Origin: Octopus sinensis
Lineage: Eukaryota
Reading direction: 5' to 3'
Assembly: GCF_006345805.1 (NCBI RefSeq)
Contig: NW_021832226.1
Coordinates: 1-64,000 of the forward strand
DNA length: 64,000 bases
Shown here: in pieces, positions 24,927 through 38,459 of the stretch
How the letters are laid out: each line of letters opens with the position of its first letter
How positions within the stretch are numbered: position 1 is the first letter of the stretch
Notes under the pieces: generated by a model
The model's database searches: none
The model's input: the letters and a program-made list of their open reading frames with translations, nothing else
Told to the model about the DNA's origin: nothing
Made by a program: the position numbers and the translations under genes

Positions 24927-25133
24927 GAAAGTTGTTTTATGAACGATGAAAAAATTTTAAATTGTTTAAAGTTTTTTGTACCATATAGACTTAAAGTAGC
25001 AATATCCCCCAAAAAATGGGAATTAAATAAAAATAGCTCGAGTAAGAATAATACATTTTAACGAAAAATTAAACTAATTTGTATAAGTCATTAATAAAAT
25101 TTCGTTGCTACGTATCTATATTAATAATACAAA

Positions 25134-28100
25134 ATGGAAGCAAGGTTAACTAAATCTGATTTGGAAACTCTGGTCGACTCTTTTAAAGTTAGCTAAAAAC
25201 TTTTACATCAAATAAGTTAAAAGGAAAAAATTCTTTAAAGTTGTCTAAAACTGAATTTAAAAAATCATTACGAAAAGTTCTATCACACGGGACTGAAGAG
25301 GAGGTAGACTTAAATTATCAACAAACAGTACATTGAACTTTTTGACAAAATCGACATTATGAGAGAAGGAAATGTGGATTGGGAAAAAATGGCGACTTTC
25401 CTTTTAAACTCATTTTATGACAAAGAAAGCAGAGAAAAATTAGGACAGGCCGCAGAATGGGACGAAGTGACAATTCTTTACAAGTTAAAAATCACGACTT
25501 TAGTTGATTTAGAGTACATAAAGATATTATTCAATCACTTGTACAATTTGGGTCTGCTCACCGATTTCTCTCTGTTTCACGGGTTTTAAAATTTTGTTTA
25601 TTTGTTTAAGGACGGGTTTGCTAATGTTTGGAATAATAAAAAATTAATAAACAGCTGTCGTTTTACTTCAGATTTATGCCAACACGCGACATCAGGGTCA
25701 CTGCCATCGAATATATGAAGAACATAAACAAAGTCGCAGTGGCTTTTACTAGCAAAGAAATTGCGATCTACGAAGGCTCTTTGAAGCATGAATTCTTGTG
25801 CCAATACAGAATCCAAAAGCTACAACACATTCCAATGTGTTTCTTCTATTGGTATAAATGCATTAAATATTGCAGTTCTCAGCCCTCAACACAAAATGAC
25901 GGAATTCTTTTGTTTGGGGACACCGAGGGGTGTAACTGGGGACTTTATTTTGAGAACCCAGGACTTTTACTTTTTGAAAGATCAGTCACAAACAATGATG
26001 GATCAAAAGATAAATCTGATTTATGTACAAAAATCTTAATGACAGATATTCTTAACAACAAACACAGCTCGTGTAGTTTTTTTAAATACTGCGCACATGA
26101 TACTAATGTAAAACAAAGTTATCAACGTTGTTTTTTACATAATAGTCATGTTTACATCACAGATTGAGTTGGTGATCAGCTGTTCAACCTCCTGGACTAA
26201 ATCATTGGCAGTTGCTTGGTTGGATAAGGCCTTTCTTCCCCAAAGACGTTATAATGTGGCCCGAATGTAGTTCCTGAGAGTGGTTAATTCTAGAAATGTG
26301 ATTTCAATTTATCAAGGCATAAATGGATTTGACTACAATCCTCTGACAAACATGATTGGTAAATATATATTTCTATAATTTTTCAATAGCCACAGCAGGA
26401 ATTAATTATAGGATAACATTGAGATCATTTTATATTGACTCAAAGCCCAGTAACGTAAGGATATGTTGTATTTAATATTGAAAGGTGTTTTACGGTCATG
26501 TCGCCCCAGTTTTACATGTCAAATTTTTGATGGAAAAAAATCAACTTTTGAGTGTCGGTAAGGACAGAATGTTGAGGATTTGGGATTTATATTTACTCAC
26601 ATGTATTCAAAGGGTTGCTTCGGTATTTCCCCGTTCTCATGAATGTTTATTTTTTTCACCATTATAGACTTTACTTGCATGTTATTTGAAGAAGAAACCA
26701 ACCGGCTTGCTCTTAGTTCAAATACGGCCCTTATTCTTACCGAAAGAGAAAAGGAAACTGAGGATAAAATCAAATCTCATAATAAGGCAGTAGTGGCCGT
26801 AGAATACGATTTTGCTACAAACCAAGCAATGTTTGTGAAATACTATTTTTAGCTTATTTCGGTATCTGTGGATGGCTCGGCTTCCATTTGGATTATAACA
26901 AATGGTCAGCGAATTAAAAAGTTTGAAGCTCTCCACGGAACTGCGGAGATCACCGCCTTGGCCATATACGAGCAAACTCCTGGGTTTTTAACAGCTGCTT
27001 ATGACGGGCTTGTAAAAGTAGTTTCTTTTACAAACTATATTAGGTCTGGAACTACAACGGATCTTGCCTTTTCACGCTTGAGTGCTGTTCATCAGTTCAT
27101 CAAGAAATCAAGAATATTGTTGTTTTGAGAAGATTTATTTGTGTTTATGGATGGTCAAAGTATTGATTCAATGATTAAAGTATAAGTTCTTTCGCAATGT
27201 TTTCTTCAGTCGATTTCGAAGGCCATCGAATTAAACCAACAAATTATAGAGAAAATAACGTTAGTACCATAAAATCAGTATATAAAGTATCATAAGGACG
27301 ACATTATATCGTGTGATTATATTACTCAAACAACCATTCTTACAGCATCACAAGAAGGGCTCATTGTGGCTTGGAATATTTTTTCTGAGCAAGTAATTAA
27401 AATTATGAGAGTCATCGACGGGACTACCCAAGTAAGTGTCGTTTTTAAAACCCCAGAGCAGACCTACATCCAAAATTCACGCTAAAGTGCAAAAATTAAT
27501 AATTTTTTTAGAGATTTTCACCTAGACAAAGATATTCAAATTTGGGATCAAAAAAAGATGAAGTTAATTCTATGTTTAAATTTAAGGCTGATTCGATTAT
27601 TCAAATTATATTTTTAAGAAAACGAGGAAACAAGATGGGAAATTTAATTGTCATTACGGCAAATCTATGGGTTTATTTCTGGAATTTTCAAAATGAAACT
27701 TTGATCGGGCAATTCAGAGGACATGAAAATGGCAATTCTTAAAAAAATTCTTTAGTTGAGTCAATAATTTGTGCTGTGGATGAGGATAACAAGTACTTTG
27801 TTATTGGTGATAGCGATGGAATTGTAACGCTCTGGGACATTTCAGAATTTTGTATAAATAAGACTTTGCAAGAGTCAACTCCCAGTAGATTTTAATTTGT
27901 TTAAATATTAGAATTATTACATATGTTGCAAAAACAAAGTGATTCGATAACAAGTTTGAGAATACTGAAACATTTTGAAACCACTGTAATTGTTTGTTCG
28001 AGTATTGACTGCTCTGTCGTCCTCTATAACATTCAAGGACAACTGATTGGGATATTCGGTCAGCCGGACTATTGGAATATCAATTATATTCCACAAGAAA

Positions 28101-28650
28101 TCAAAGAAACTGAAATTTGGGTAATTGTTTTATTTTCATATTTTAGAATTTTGATCAACAAGAACAGCAAATAAGAAAATTGAGCGTTAAGACAAGTTTT
28201 GTAAGTGAAAAGGAATATGACAAAGAATATGAAGTTTGGGGGCAAACTATTTTGGGTATAGTTCCAACAAAACTTCTTTAGGGAAACAATACCAACAACA
28301 TTATCAAGAAAAGGATTCTCCTAATCATAACAAACACAAAATACAATTTTACGACAAAGCATATAATCATTCTACTGCATTTTCTGTTAACTAAATCAAA
28401 AGATTTTAGGGACTTGAATTAAAAGAGCTGGAGAACACACCGACAATAAGCAAACCAAGACTTTCTATAAGATCCCTCACTCGTGAATCCCTTTCAGATC
28501 ATCAAGAATTTATTAAATCAGGTTTTTTTCTCGTATAAATAATTCTCTAGAATTAAAAAATGTCATTACAGAAAAAATGTTATTTCCAAAAATTACGACT
28601 TTTAAATGACTAAATACTAAAATATTGACTCAGATAACAAAGTTTATTTA
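25134..28650 (+). CDS. EF-hand plus WD40-repeat protein (WDR49/WDR64-like), many mini-introns
   Basis: N-terminal LFDKIDIMREGNVDWEKMATFL, then WD repeats (GHVAPVLHV...LRIWD, SHNKAVVAVEY, YHKDDIISC, FRGHEN); 3' end approximate. Confidence 0.7.
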
Positions 28651-28759
28651 GTCTAATTGGAGGAATAAGATCCTCCATACAAAAAAATATTCTCTATAAA
28701 ACATCCTTTATAAGTAATTTTATATGATCAGAGTTTCCTTGATGAATTCAAAAGTTGCC

Positions 28760-29460
28760 GAATCATCTTGATTGAAAAAACAAAATATTTGTTGTCTCCT
28801 TTAATATTTTGAATAATTATATTGAACTGATTAAATTTTAGAATGAGTCGGAGATAAATATGAAAATAAATTTATTTTTAACTAAAACCTGAAAAGATAC
28901 AACTCAGAAATGTCCACTAACACAGGGTTTCCAGGTTTTTCTCTGCTACGAGTCATATAATGAAACGCATGTGTCTTTACATCTTTAATTAACCTAATCT
29001 ACAACAAGTAATTCAAAAGTTTTCTCAATAGATTTTTTACCGGTTTTGAATACTTATGAACTAAGATATTCGTTCTTAGACCAATACCGTGCAGATTTTT
29101 AACTTCATATCATCTCATTTTGTTTGACTTCTTTATATACTTATTTTATCTTACGATTTAAACAATGCTTAATTCAGAAAAAAATTCGATGTTTGTGAAC
29201 AAAAGTACATAAATAAAAGTTTCCGGATCTATATGAAATCGTATTTGAACGTTAACATCCCCGTTCAGTTGATCACAAACAAAAGATGAAGTTAGCATTT
29301 TCCCAGATAAAAATTATTCTGACATAATTCGATCCTCGAGGACTCATTTTCCAACGAGAATCTTGTAAATGAAAATTAAAAAGCATTCAGACATTCAGCC
29401 AGTTTGAAATTTTGTAGATTATGGATAAATTATTGAGGTTATAAAATAATTACCATCTCG
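28760..29460 (-). CDS. Putative unidentified spliced gene
   Basis: Open exon-like stretches (FHLQDSRWKMSPRGSNYVRIILSGKMLTSSFVCDQLNGDVNVQIRFHIDPE; LIKDVKTHAFHYMTRSREKPGNPVLVD) separated by short AT-rich GT-AG segments; boundaries uncertain. Confidence 0.3.
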
Positions 29461-29861
29461 TGTTCTGATTTATTTAAAAAAAACTTTTAAAAACATAATT
29501 ATTCAAAAATTAGTAAATTGCCCATCAAAATTTAATAGAAAAATTCTATTTTTATATCCTAGTAAAAATTACAAATAAGAAAAAAGACACAATCAGTTAG
29601 TTAAATTTTATTATGAATTTATTAAATCAAAGTGTTTTCAATGTTCAAGAAAAACTAAAAACCCAAAAAACAAGGAAAAATCATTAACGGAGAGATAAAA
29701 GCAAGGCACCGAAGTGTCTCTTTCCATGCTAAGCAAAATTATAACTACTTAACACAACTTTTAAATTTATAAAAAAATCTAATACAAAATATTGTATTTT
29801 TAATAAATTATTCATAATTATAAATTTTAAATAGATATTAACCTAATAAATATTCATATAC

Positions 29862-31062
<1,201 letters not shown>

Positions 31063-31844
31063 AATTATTTATTTTAACTAATCAGTTTATTTAATTTTGA
31101 GGAAATAAACAAGAGTTTTTTATCAAACATTTGAATTGAAATATTTTTAGATAGTTTTTTTATTGTAGTATTATAAAAAGCAAGGTCTCCAAGAAGTTTT
31201 ATTTTGCAAGTTTTTTGTTTAGTGGAAAGTTTTAGTCGATTAAAGAAGTTTTTTTATTGACATAGATAGTTTATAGCATGAAATTTCTACTATTCTAACT
31301 ATTCGGGTAATTAAAATTTTTTGATAAGTTATTTTTTCAAATTAAATCTTGGTTATGTGTTTAACTAAAAAAATTTATTGTCTCGATTTTTGGTTAAAGT
31401 ATGGCTGACGGACAATGAAGTATATATTTTTTTAATTTATTTTTTAATGAAATGAAATCAGAAACTAGTAGAGATATATCTGAGAGTCATGAAGTATATT
31501 AATTTTGATCAAAGTAAATTATTGATTTCAACTTAAACTAATCGGGCTTTCGGCAATTACTCACACCTTGACTGTTTAATTGTGTAAAATTTATTATTTG
31601 TAAAATTTGGTACTATTATTAATTTTTTAGTTTTTTAATTATGAATTGATTTAAGGAGCTAAAATTTTTTTATTTTCTATCTTTGCTGAATTTTAAAGTT
31701 TTTGTAGAAACACCCGAACAATTATTAAAGATTTCAATCTTTTTTGTTAATTTATTATTGTAAATTATCTCATCGTGATTATTTCCCATATGAAATGGAT
31801 AAATTCCATATTGATCTGTACTGGCATATTAATCTCAATTTAAT

Positions 31845-32213
31845 CTCCTTAAATCGGTTCAGACACCTGGAGCAGCTGCCTCAATCGCGGAAAACCTTAA
31901 AACCAAAAAATATTCCTTCCTCGGGGACCGCTACAGATTCACCCCTGTTGCGGCTGAGTCATCAGGAGCTGTTGGCCCAGCGACTGCCGAGTTCTTGCGC
32001 GAACTCGGAAGAATGCTCGCCACAAAGAAAAATGATCCTCGTGAAGGAGTATGGCTAAGACAAAGGATCGGAATAGCCATACTCCGAGGGAACTCGCTTT
32101 CCATACAGGCAGCGGGCTTCCTCAATTGATTTCTCAAATCAATCTCTTCTCTGAATTTATTAACTGACATTATTAATAATAAAGTTTTTATTTTAAAAAA
32201 AAAAAAAAAAAAA
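31845..32213 (+). mobile_element. 5'-truncated CRE-like retroposon specific to copy B
   Basis: Encodes PGAAASIAENLKTKKY...AAESSG...RIGIAILRGN*; A19 tail at 32195-32213; copy A has the empty site near 7784. Confidence 0.9.
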
Positions 32214-33588
32214 TTTAATGATTAAAAAAATTTAATGATCATTTATAAATTTATAAATATTCAACAAAAATTAATATTTTATTAAAAATTATTTTTTTTC
32301 TTTAAAAATAAAGATTTCAAAATTTGTGATTTCCAAAAATTGGTTTTAGCATTGGAAAATCACTTTTGAATCTAATTTCTATTGCAAAATAAAATAATCC
32401 TTTTCTCTTTTTATTTTCGACTTTGCTTCAGCACATAAGTTACAATATTAAAGTCTCGTTTTAATAATGAATCGTGCTGTTTGATGAATGTTTAAGTCGA
32501 AATAAATTGATAAATTAAGAGGAACATTAAGTTGATTTTTTTTGTTTCTGGATGACTAAAGTGCAAATTATTTTAAAAGTCATTTAGCGTAAATTTTTTA
32601 TGGATCGAATAAAGCACATTTGTTGTCTGGACATGCTGCTTTTTTCTCTTTATAACCGATCTGGCACATAATCATTAACACATTTATAGGTTTAGTAGAA
32701 TAACTAAGTTATTAAATTGAGTGTCAAAACTAATTTTAATTTTATAGGACTTACAAATTATTTTTGTTGCACAAAGAATATTTTTTAAAAAATTAAATGA
32801 ACATGTGTCTACTTTAATTGCCCTGTCATTATACATTTTTTAAAAGGAAGTACCGGTTTAAAAAATTATCAATTGAGATTGCTATTTTTAAAAAGAAGTT
32901 GAGAGAATTTCCCGCATTAAATCCTCTTAATTTTCAATATTTTACTAATTATTTATTCAGAAACAATGAAAATATTATTCTTTTTCTCCTGAAAAGTCCA
33001 TATGGCAGTTATTCTCTAATTTCCTTGATTAATTGTGTTTTTAATTCTAAAATCGAAATGAGCAATTACTTTATTCAAAGGATTATTTTTTGTTAATCTT
33101 TAAATTATTCAATTGTTTTTAACTACCAAATCATCAAAGTTAAAGCTAATCAACTATTAATATCAAATTTTAATCTTTTTGAAAACTGTCTACTACAATT
33201 TTAAAAAAACGGAATCATCAGAAATGACAATATCTGTCATAAAATTAAACATTTGCTGAATAAAATTTATTTGATTAAAATTTTTTGCCAACTGAGCGTA
33301 TATTTATTGTCTTTTAAGTGTCGGTCTATGCAGACACATTTTAATTTTAACAAAGGCGAGTGCGTGAACGTTAAATAATATAGATCCCATTCTTCGTTAA
33401 AAACACAAATTATGAACTATAATTCCAATTATTTCCGAATCGCTTCTATTCCGAAAGCAATTCAAAATAGTTACAGTGATTTGAAATTCTGCCAAAATAT
33501 TCCAAAATTATGTAATATGCGAACAGAATTCAAGTTCTTATATTTATTTTAAAATATTTGTAGTAATTCCAATGAAACAAAAGGCATA

Positions 33589-34977
33589 ATGAATTCTGAA
33601 CATTATCTTAATGAAGGGTCTCCATTCATGGTAATGCTTAAATTATATAGTGTCAAAAACAATATCAGTTCATTTAAATATTGATAAAATGAATTAATTA
33701 GTGTATTAATTAAATGAGAAAAGTATCACGTCACGCACCTGCATTGAAATTGTAGTTTAATGCATAGAATAACGCAGGTGCTTTGGGCTGAGAGTTACTT
33801 GAGAATTTTTTATATTAAAAAAACTGAATTTAATTGTGTTTAGATAAATGGAATCGACCAGCTACCAGCCCGTAATATTAACATCTCTCCAAATGACTCT
33901 GCTCAATATTATCAAAATTCTTATCCGCTTTATTACCCAGTTTTTGTATATTTTTAAAGTGACAGCTTTCCTATGATCAAACTCGACAATATGGTCAAGC
34001 TACTATGGAAACTCCCGAAATACCCTCCACGTAAAAATACTTGTGATAATGGTAGAACATGTTATTCTGGGATTTATGAATTTGAAGTCTCGTTTTCACA
34101 GCCCGAAAAGGAAACAAAGTCTACAAATTGGACGGTAAAAACATTAGATTTCTGATTTGAATAGTATTCGAAATTAAATCATAAAGTCTATGTTCGTCCA
34201 TTTTGCCAATGTCCTGTGAGATTTCGCTGCATTTCATCCATACCAACTGGATTTGTTATTCGGAGTATGGCAGTGTATATGAAACCCGAACACGTCAAAG
34301 AAATTGTAACAAGATGCCCAAACCACGCTTCTTCAGATCACAGTATTGATCATATTTATTTAAAAATTATAGGTCACATAGCCCCTTCGCATTTAGTCCG
34401 ATGTAGTGATAGAAATGCATTTTACTCTGATGATAATAAAAGAGAAAGTGTTATTGTCCCTTTCTCAACTCCTCAACGTATTATTTAAATATGACCTTAT
34501 AGCGGGCTGCGAGTGGCTAACTTTTTTATATCAGTTTATGTGCTATGGTTCATGCACAGGTGGACTCAATCGCAGACCAATACAATTAGTCTTTACTTTA
34601 GAAAACGAGTATTTAAAGTTTTAAAATATATTTAAAGGTCTTTTGTTGTGGTTGGAAGAAAGGTGGTTGAAGTAAGAATATGTGCATGTCCCGGTAGAGA
34701 TCGGAGATCTGATGAAAAAACATCTAATTCTTCTGATAATAAAAAAAGAAAGAAAAATATACATCCATCTTCTAAAATACCTCGAAATTCTCCAAATTTG
34801 GATAAAAATGGCCAATTTATTTTAAACGTAGTTCCCGATTGATGATTATTTCAGGTACAAGGAGAAAGTAATTTTCAACTACTGAAGACTATCCGCAACT
34901 ATCTTTACTTTATTTCCAATTCTAATATCAATGATGATCAAAGTTACATAGAGGAAGGGAAAAGTCCTTTAGAGTAA
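33589..34977 (+). CDS. TP53: p53/p63/p73-family transcription factor, copy B, apparently intact
   Basis: Same exons as copy A with TAC at 34423-34425. Zn ligands (C/H in RCPNH, two C in MCYGSC) and DNA-contact Arg equivalents (NRR, VRIC, GRDR) are conserved; stop at 34975-34977. Confidence 0.88.
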
Positions 34978-36140
34978 TTCTTGTTTTTTAATTTAGTTGA
35001 GCGAGAAAGGCGTTGTAAAAGTATTTGGTTTCGTTAAAATGCATGAATTGAATTTTTTTAATATTAAAATTAAAAAATCTTATTAGTTTTTTAAAAAATT
35101 TTGTAATCTATAACAACAGACATTCATCTTTAATAGATTGGAAATTTTAATTTATTTTTTTGTCCAAAGTGTCAATAAAATAATATTTGATTGATTTATT
35201 AATTTTTTCCAAACTCAATTAAATGATGAGAAATTTCATTAAGCCGGTTATGATTCTAATTTGCTCTCAATAAAACTTGTCTGGAAATAAATATCTCATC
35301 ATTATACTGATACAATAACTATTAACCTAGTTATGTTAGTAATATAAAGAAAATAAATTGTTCTTAACTAGTTTGTTTAAAAAATTTAGAATTTCAAAAG
35401 TAAATATTACAAATCCAATTTTTTGTCAGGCACTGCAGTTTGTTTTTAAAATTTGTAAAAATGCACGTTGTTTCTAATTTTGATCGTTGGACTTTTTTTC
35501 AGGACAAAATGACTTTCAAATATTCAATGAAGAATTTAAGACGATGAGGCCGATTAGCTTTGAAAAATTTCTTTGCAGATTTTGGAAGTCCGTAACATAT
35601 AAACATAAGTTATTAGAATGTTGTATGGTTCATTTAGAAATGATAATTTTTAAACATTATAACAAGTTCTTACAAATTTAGGCATCGGCATCTATGCGTT
35701 TTGCATAGGTTAAAAGCATCTGGTCGTCTTCGGATATTCCCATTGAGATTGCCAAAAGATGCGTCTTTGAGTGAGCCCCAAACCCCACTTGCCTAGGATT
35801 TAGTCAATTTTGTCAAAACTCATATATTGAGAATCGATTCTGCTGACAATTCCAAACTACTCGAAATTTGAGAGGAGACTGGACATAAACCTTCAAAGCC
35901 ACCGCAGCTAGTCTTTCAAAACGATCTAATTTGCCTCTTGATGTTTTCTTCAGTTTCACAGAATAGACGCAATCTTTCGGGAAAATAAAAAGCCAGATGT
36001 CATTGGAGGGTTTGCTGAAAAAATTAGTTTCAAGCTCTGTAAGTGATTCGCCTCCAGTAAGTGAGAGTAAGAAGAAGGTGTCAAAACAATGTCGTGGTAT
36101 ATGGCAGTTAAAATAGGTTCTCCGGATATTTCCTTCAGCA

Positions 36141-37993
36141 ACTGTATAGCTGACCTACTTGTGAGTGCGTCCAGAATCACTGGTGACACGGAGGAGAGCG
36201 CTTCTATTTTAAATAAAGTAATATTATCAAAAGTTGTTTAGATATAGCCGACAATCTTGTGGGTGCGTCCAGAATCACTGGTGACACGGAGGAGGGCGCT
36301 TCTATTTTAAATAAAGTAATATTATTAAAAGTTGTTTAGATATAGCCGACAATCTTGTGGGTGTTCATGTGTTCCTGCAGAAATCCAGAAGCGGTGATTA
36401 TGTTTTGGTGGCGGGAGGCAAAAATTAAGTCATCAGCGTAGGAGAGAAGTAGAGTATTATGTTCGTCGGGATATTTGACAGATGTAAGTTAAATAAGGCA
36501 GGTGAAAGGACCGAGCCTTGGGGAACTCCGTTAGGCAAGTATTTGTAGCGTGAGTAAGAAGACATGATTGTGGTGCGACCAAGACGCCCAGAGAGAAAAA
36601 GAGTAGCCATGACTTTATTTGGTGGGGGAATTCCGTATCGGTTATTTTCCTACACAGAACGTTCTTGACGTTCTGTCAAATGCCTTTTCAATGTCGATGG
36701 ATGCAATAATTGTTCTTTGAGGTGGCTTATGATTGTTAAACCCATCCGCATGAATTGTGTCAGTTTTGAAAGATGGGTGGAAGTGGAATGCAAAGAACGA
36801 AAGCCATGTTGAGATTCAGCAAGTGGGAGGAAAGGTTTTATGATGCTCAATACAACTCGCTCTGTTATTTTTGAAACCACTGAGATCAAAGAAATCACTC
36901 TTTCGTCCTGGCTGAAATGCAATCTTTTAACCTTCTCCTTCCAAATCATCTGTTACGCTATTCACAACTGACCGCCGTCAGTTCAACTTAGAGCCTAAAC
37001 TATTCCTAGACAACACTCCACTCCCAGTTGAAAAATCCCCCAAAATCTTGGGTCTGATATTTGATTGCTGTTTGTCCTTCTCGAAACATGTTTCATATAT
37101 CTGTGGAAAATCCCAGAAAAAACTCAATGTGCTCCGAGCTATTGCGGGGACTTCATTTGGGCAGGATAAGGAAAGTCTAACAACTGTATACAAGCAGTTT
37201 ATAGAACAACTATGAACTACGCCATCCCTGCTTGGGGTTCCTGCTTATCTAATACAAACCTTGAAAAACTTCAGAGAACTCAAAACTCAGCATTACGAAT
37301 TATTACCGGCTGTCTAAAAACGACACCTACGACCACCTACATTGGGAATCGAAAATCCTTCCAATCAGTGACCATTTTGAAATGCTCGGGCTGCAATTTC
37401 TTAACAAATGCCGAACCCTAAATCACCCTGGCTACTTCCTCTGGCACCACTAACAACAGGAGAATAGTTCCGACCCTCGCGGACAAAGTCCGCAAGCTTA
37501 TACGATCCCCTCCGGACATTAACCAGAAGGGGATTCACGACCTGGTGGCTACGAGGGCAATCAGATGTCTTGGAATAAACAAGCTTCTGGGACGCCCTCC
37601 GCCGCCAATTAATAAGATCGAATCCTCCCTCTCAAGAGAAGCCCGAGTGAACTTGGCTCGTCTCCGCTGTGGCCACCATACTGGCCTACACGATTATCGC
37701 ATAAAAATCGGTCTTGGTGAAATAACCCCTTCCTATTCCCTCAACGACCTTTTCTCCTGTCCAGGCCCGCCTTCTACTTCCTCGGAACACCGGATCACGA
37801 TCGGGGATCTTTGGGAGCGTCCGACATTGGCCCTAACGTTCTTGTTAGCCACCGGCTTCCTTCAATTGAAGGGGCCGGGGGTAAATAAATAAATAAATAA
37901 TAAATCTTGTGGGTGCGTCCAGAATCACTGGTGACACGGAGGAGGGCGCTTCTATTTTAAATAAAGTAATATTATCAAAAGTGGTTTAGATAT
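36141..37993 (+). repeat. ~98-bp tandem repeat (about 3 units) interrupted by a LINE
   Basis: GTGCGTCCAGAATCACTGGTGACACGGAGGAG(A/G)GCGC...AAATAAAGTA recurs near 36166, 36264 and 37913. Confidence 0.85.
36364..37902 (+). mobile_element. I-group LINE with 5' inversion
   Basis: 36364-36899 is RT on the minus strand (RVISLIS, QHGFR, GVPQGSVLSP, YADD); 36900-37902 is the C-terminal part on the plus strand with a (TAAA)n tail; 13-bp TSD AATCTTGTGGGTG at 36351-36363 and 37903-37915. Confidence 0.9.
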
Positions 37994-38459
37994 AAAAATC
38001 CGATTAGTTTTTGAATCCAGATTTTGATTTTTAAATGCTATCCTCCGGAATCTTCAGCTCTGATATGACCTCTCATCACAAAAAAGGACTTGAACGGGCT
38101 CGCCAGAGCATTTAATGAAAACTCCTGTCGTTTTCCTGTCCGGGTTATTTCTGCGGAGTGTTTACTTTTTTTCTTTTTCAAAAAATATGAATCTGAATCA
38201 TGTATCACGTACAAGGCTTTCAATACTCTATGTGTCCCCAATCGAATATAAGCCTTAATTTAAATTTTTCCTTAAAATTAAAGGTAAACGAATATAGTTT
38301 ATCGTATAATATAAGCCCTATCCATTTTTATACAGCTTGATTGCCAATTTTAAATGTTTTAAAAGATATGATTTTTTAGTCGGTCTCTCTGGCGTGTTTT
38401 ACGTTCTCAACCAAAAAACATACAAATATGCTCTTTCGTTGGGAAATTTTTAAAAGAAC

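Larger units (their letters stand above)
31269..36220 (+). repeat. Segmental duplication, copy B
   Basis: Matches 7200-11779 apart from a 369-bp insertion and scattered SNPs/indels. Confidence 0.95.
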
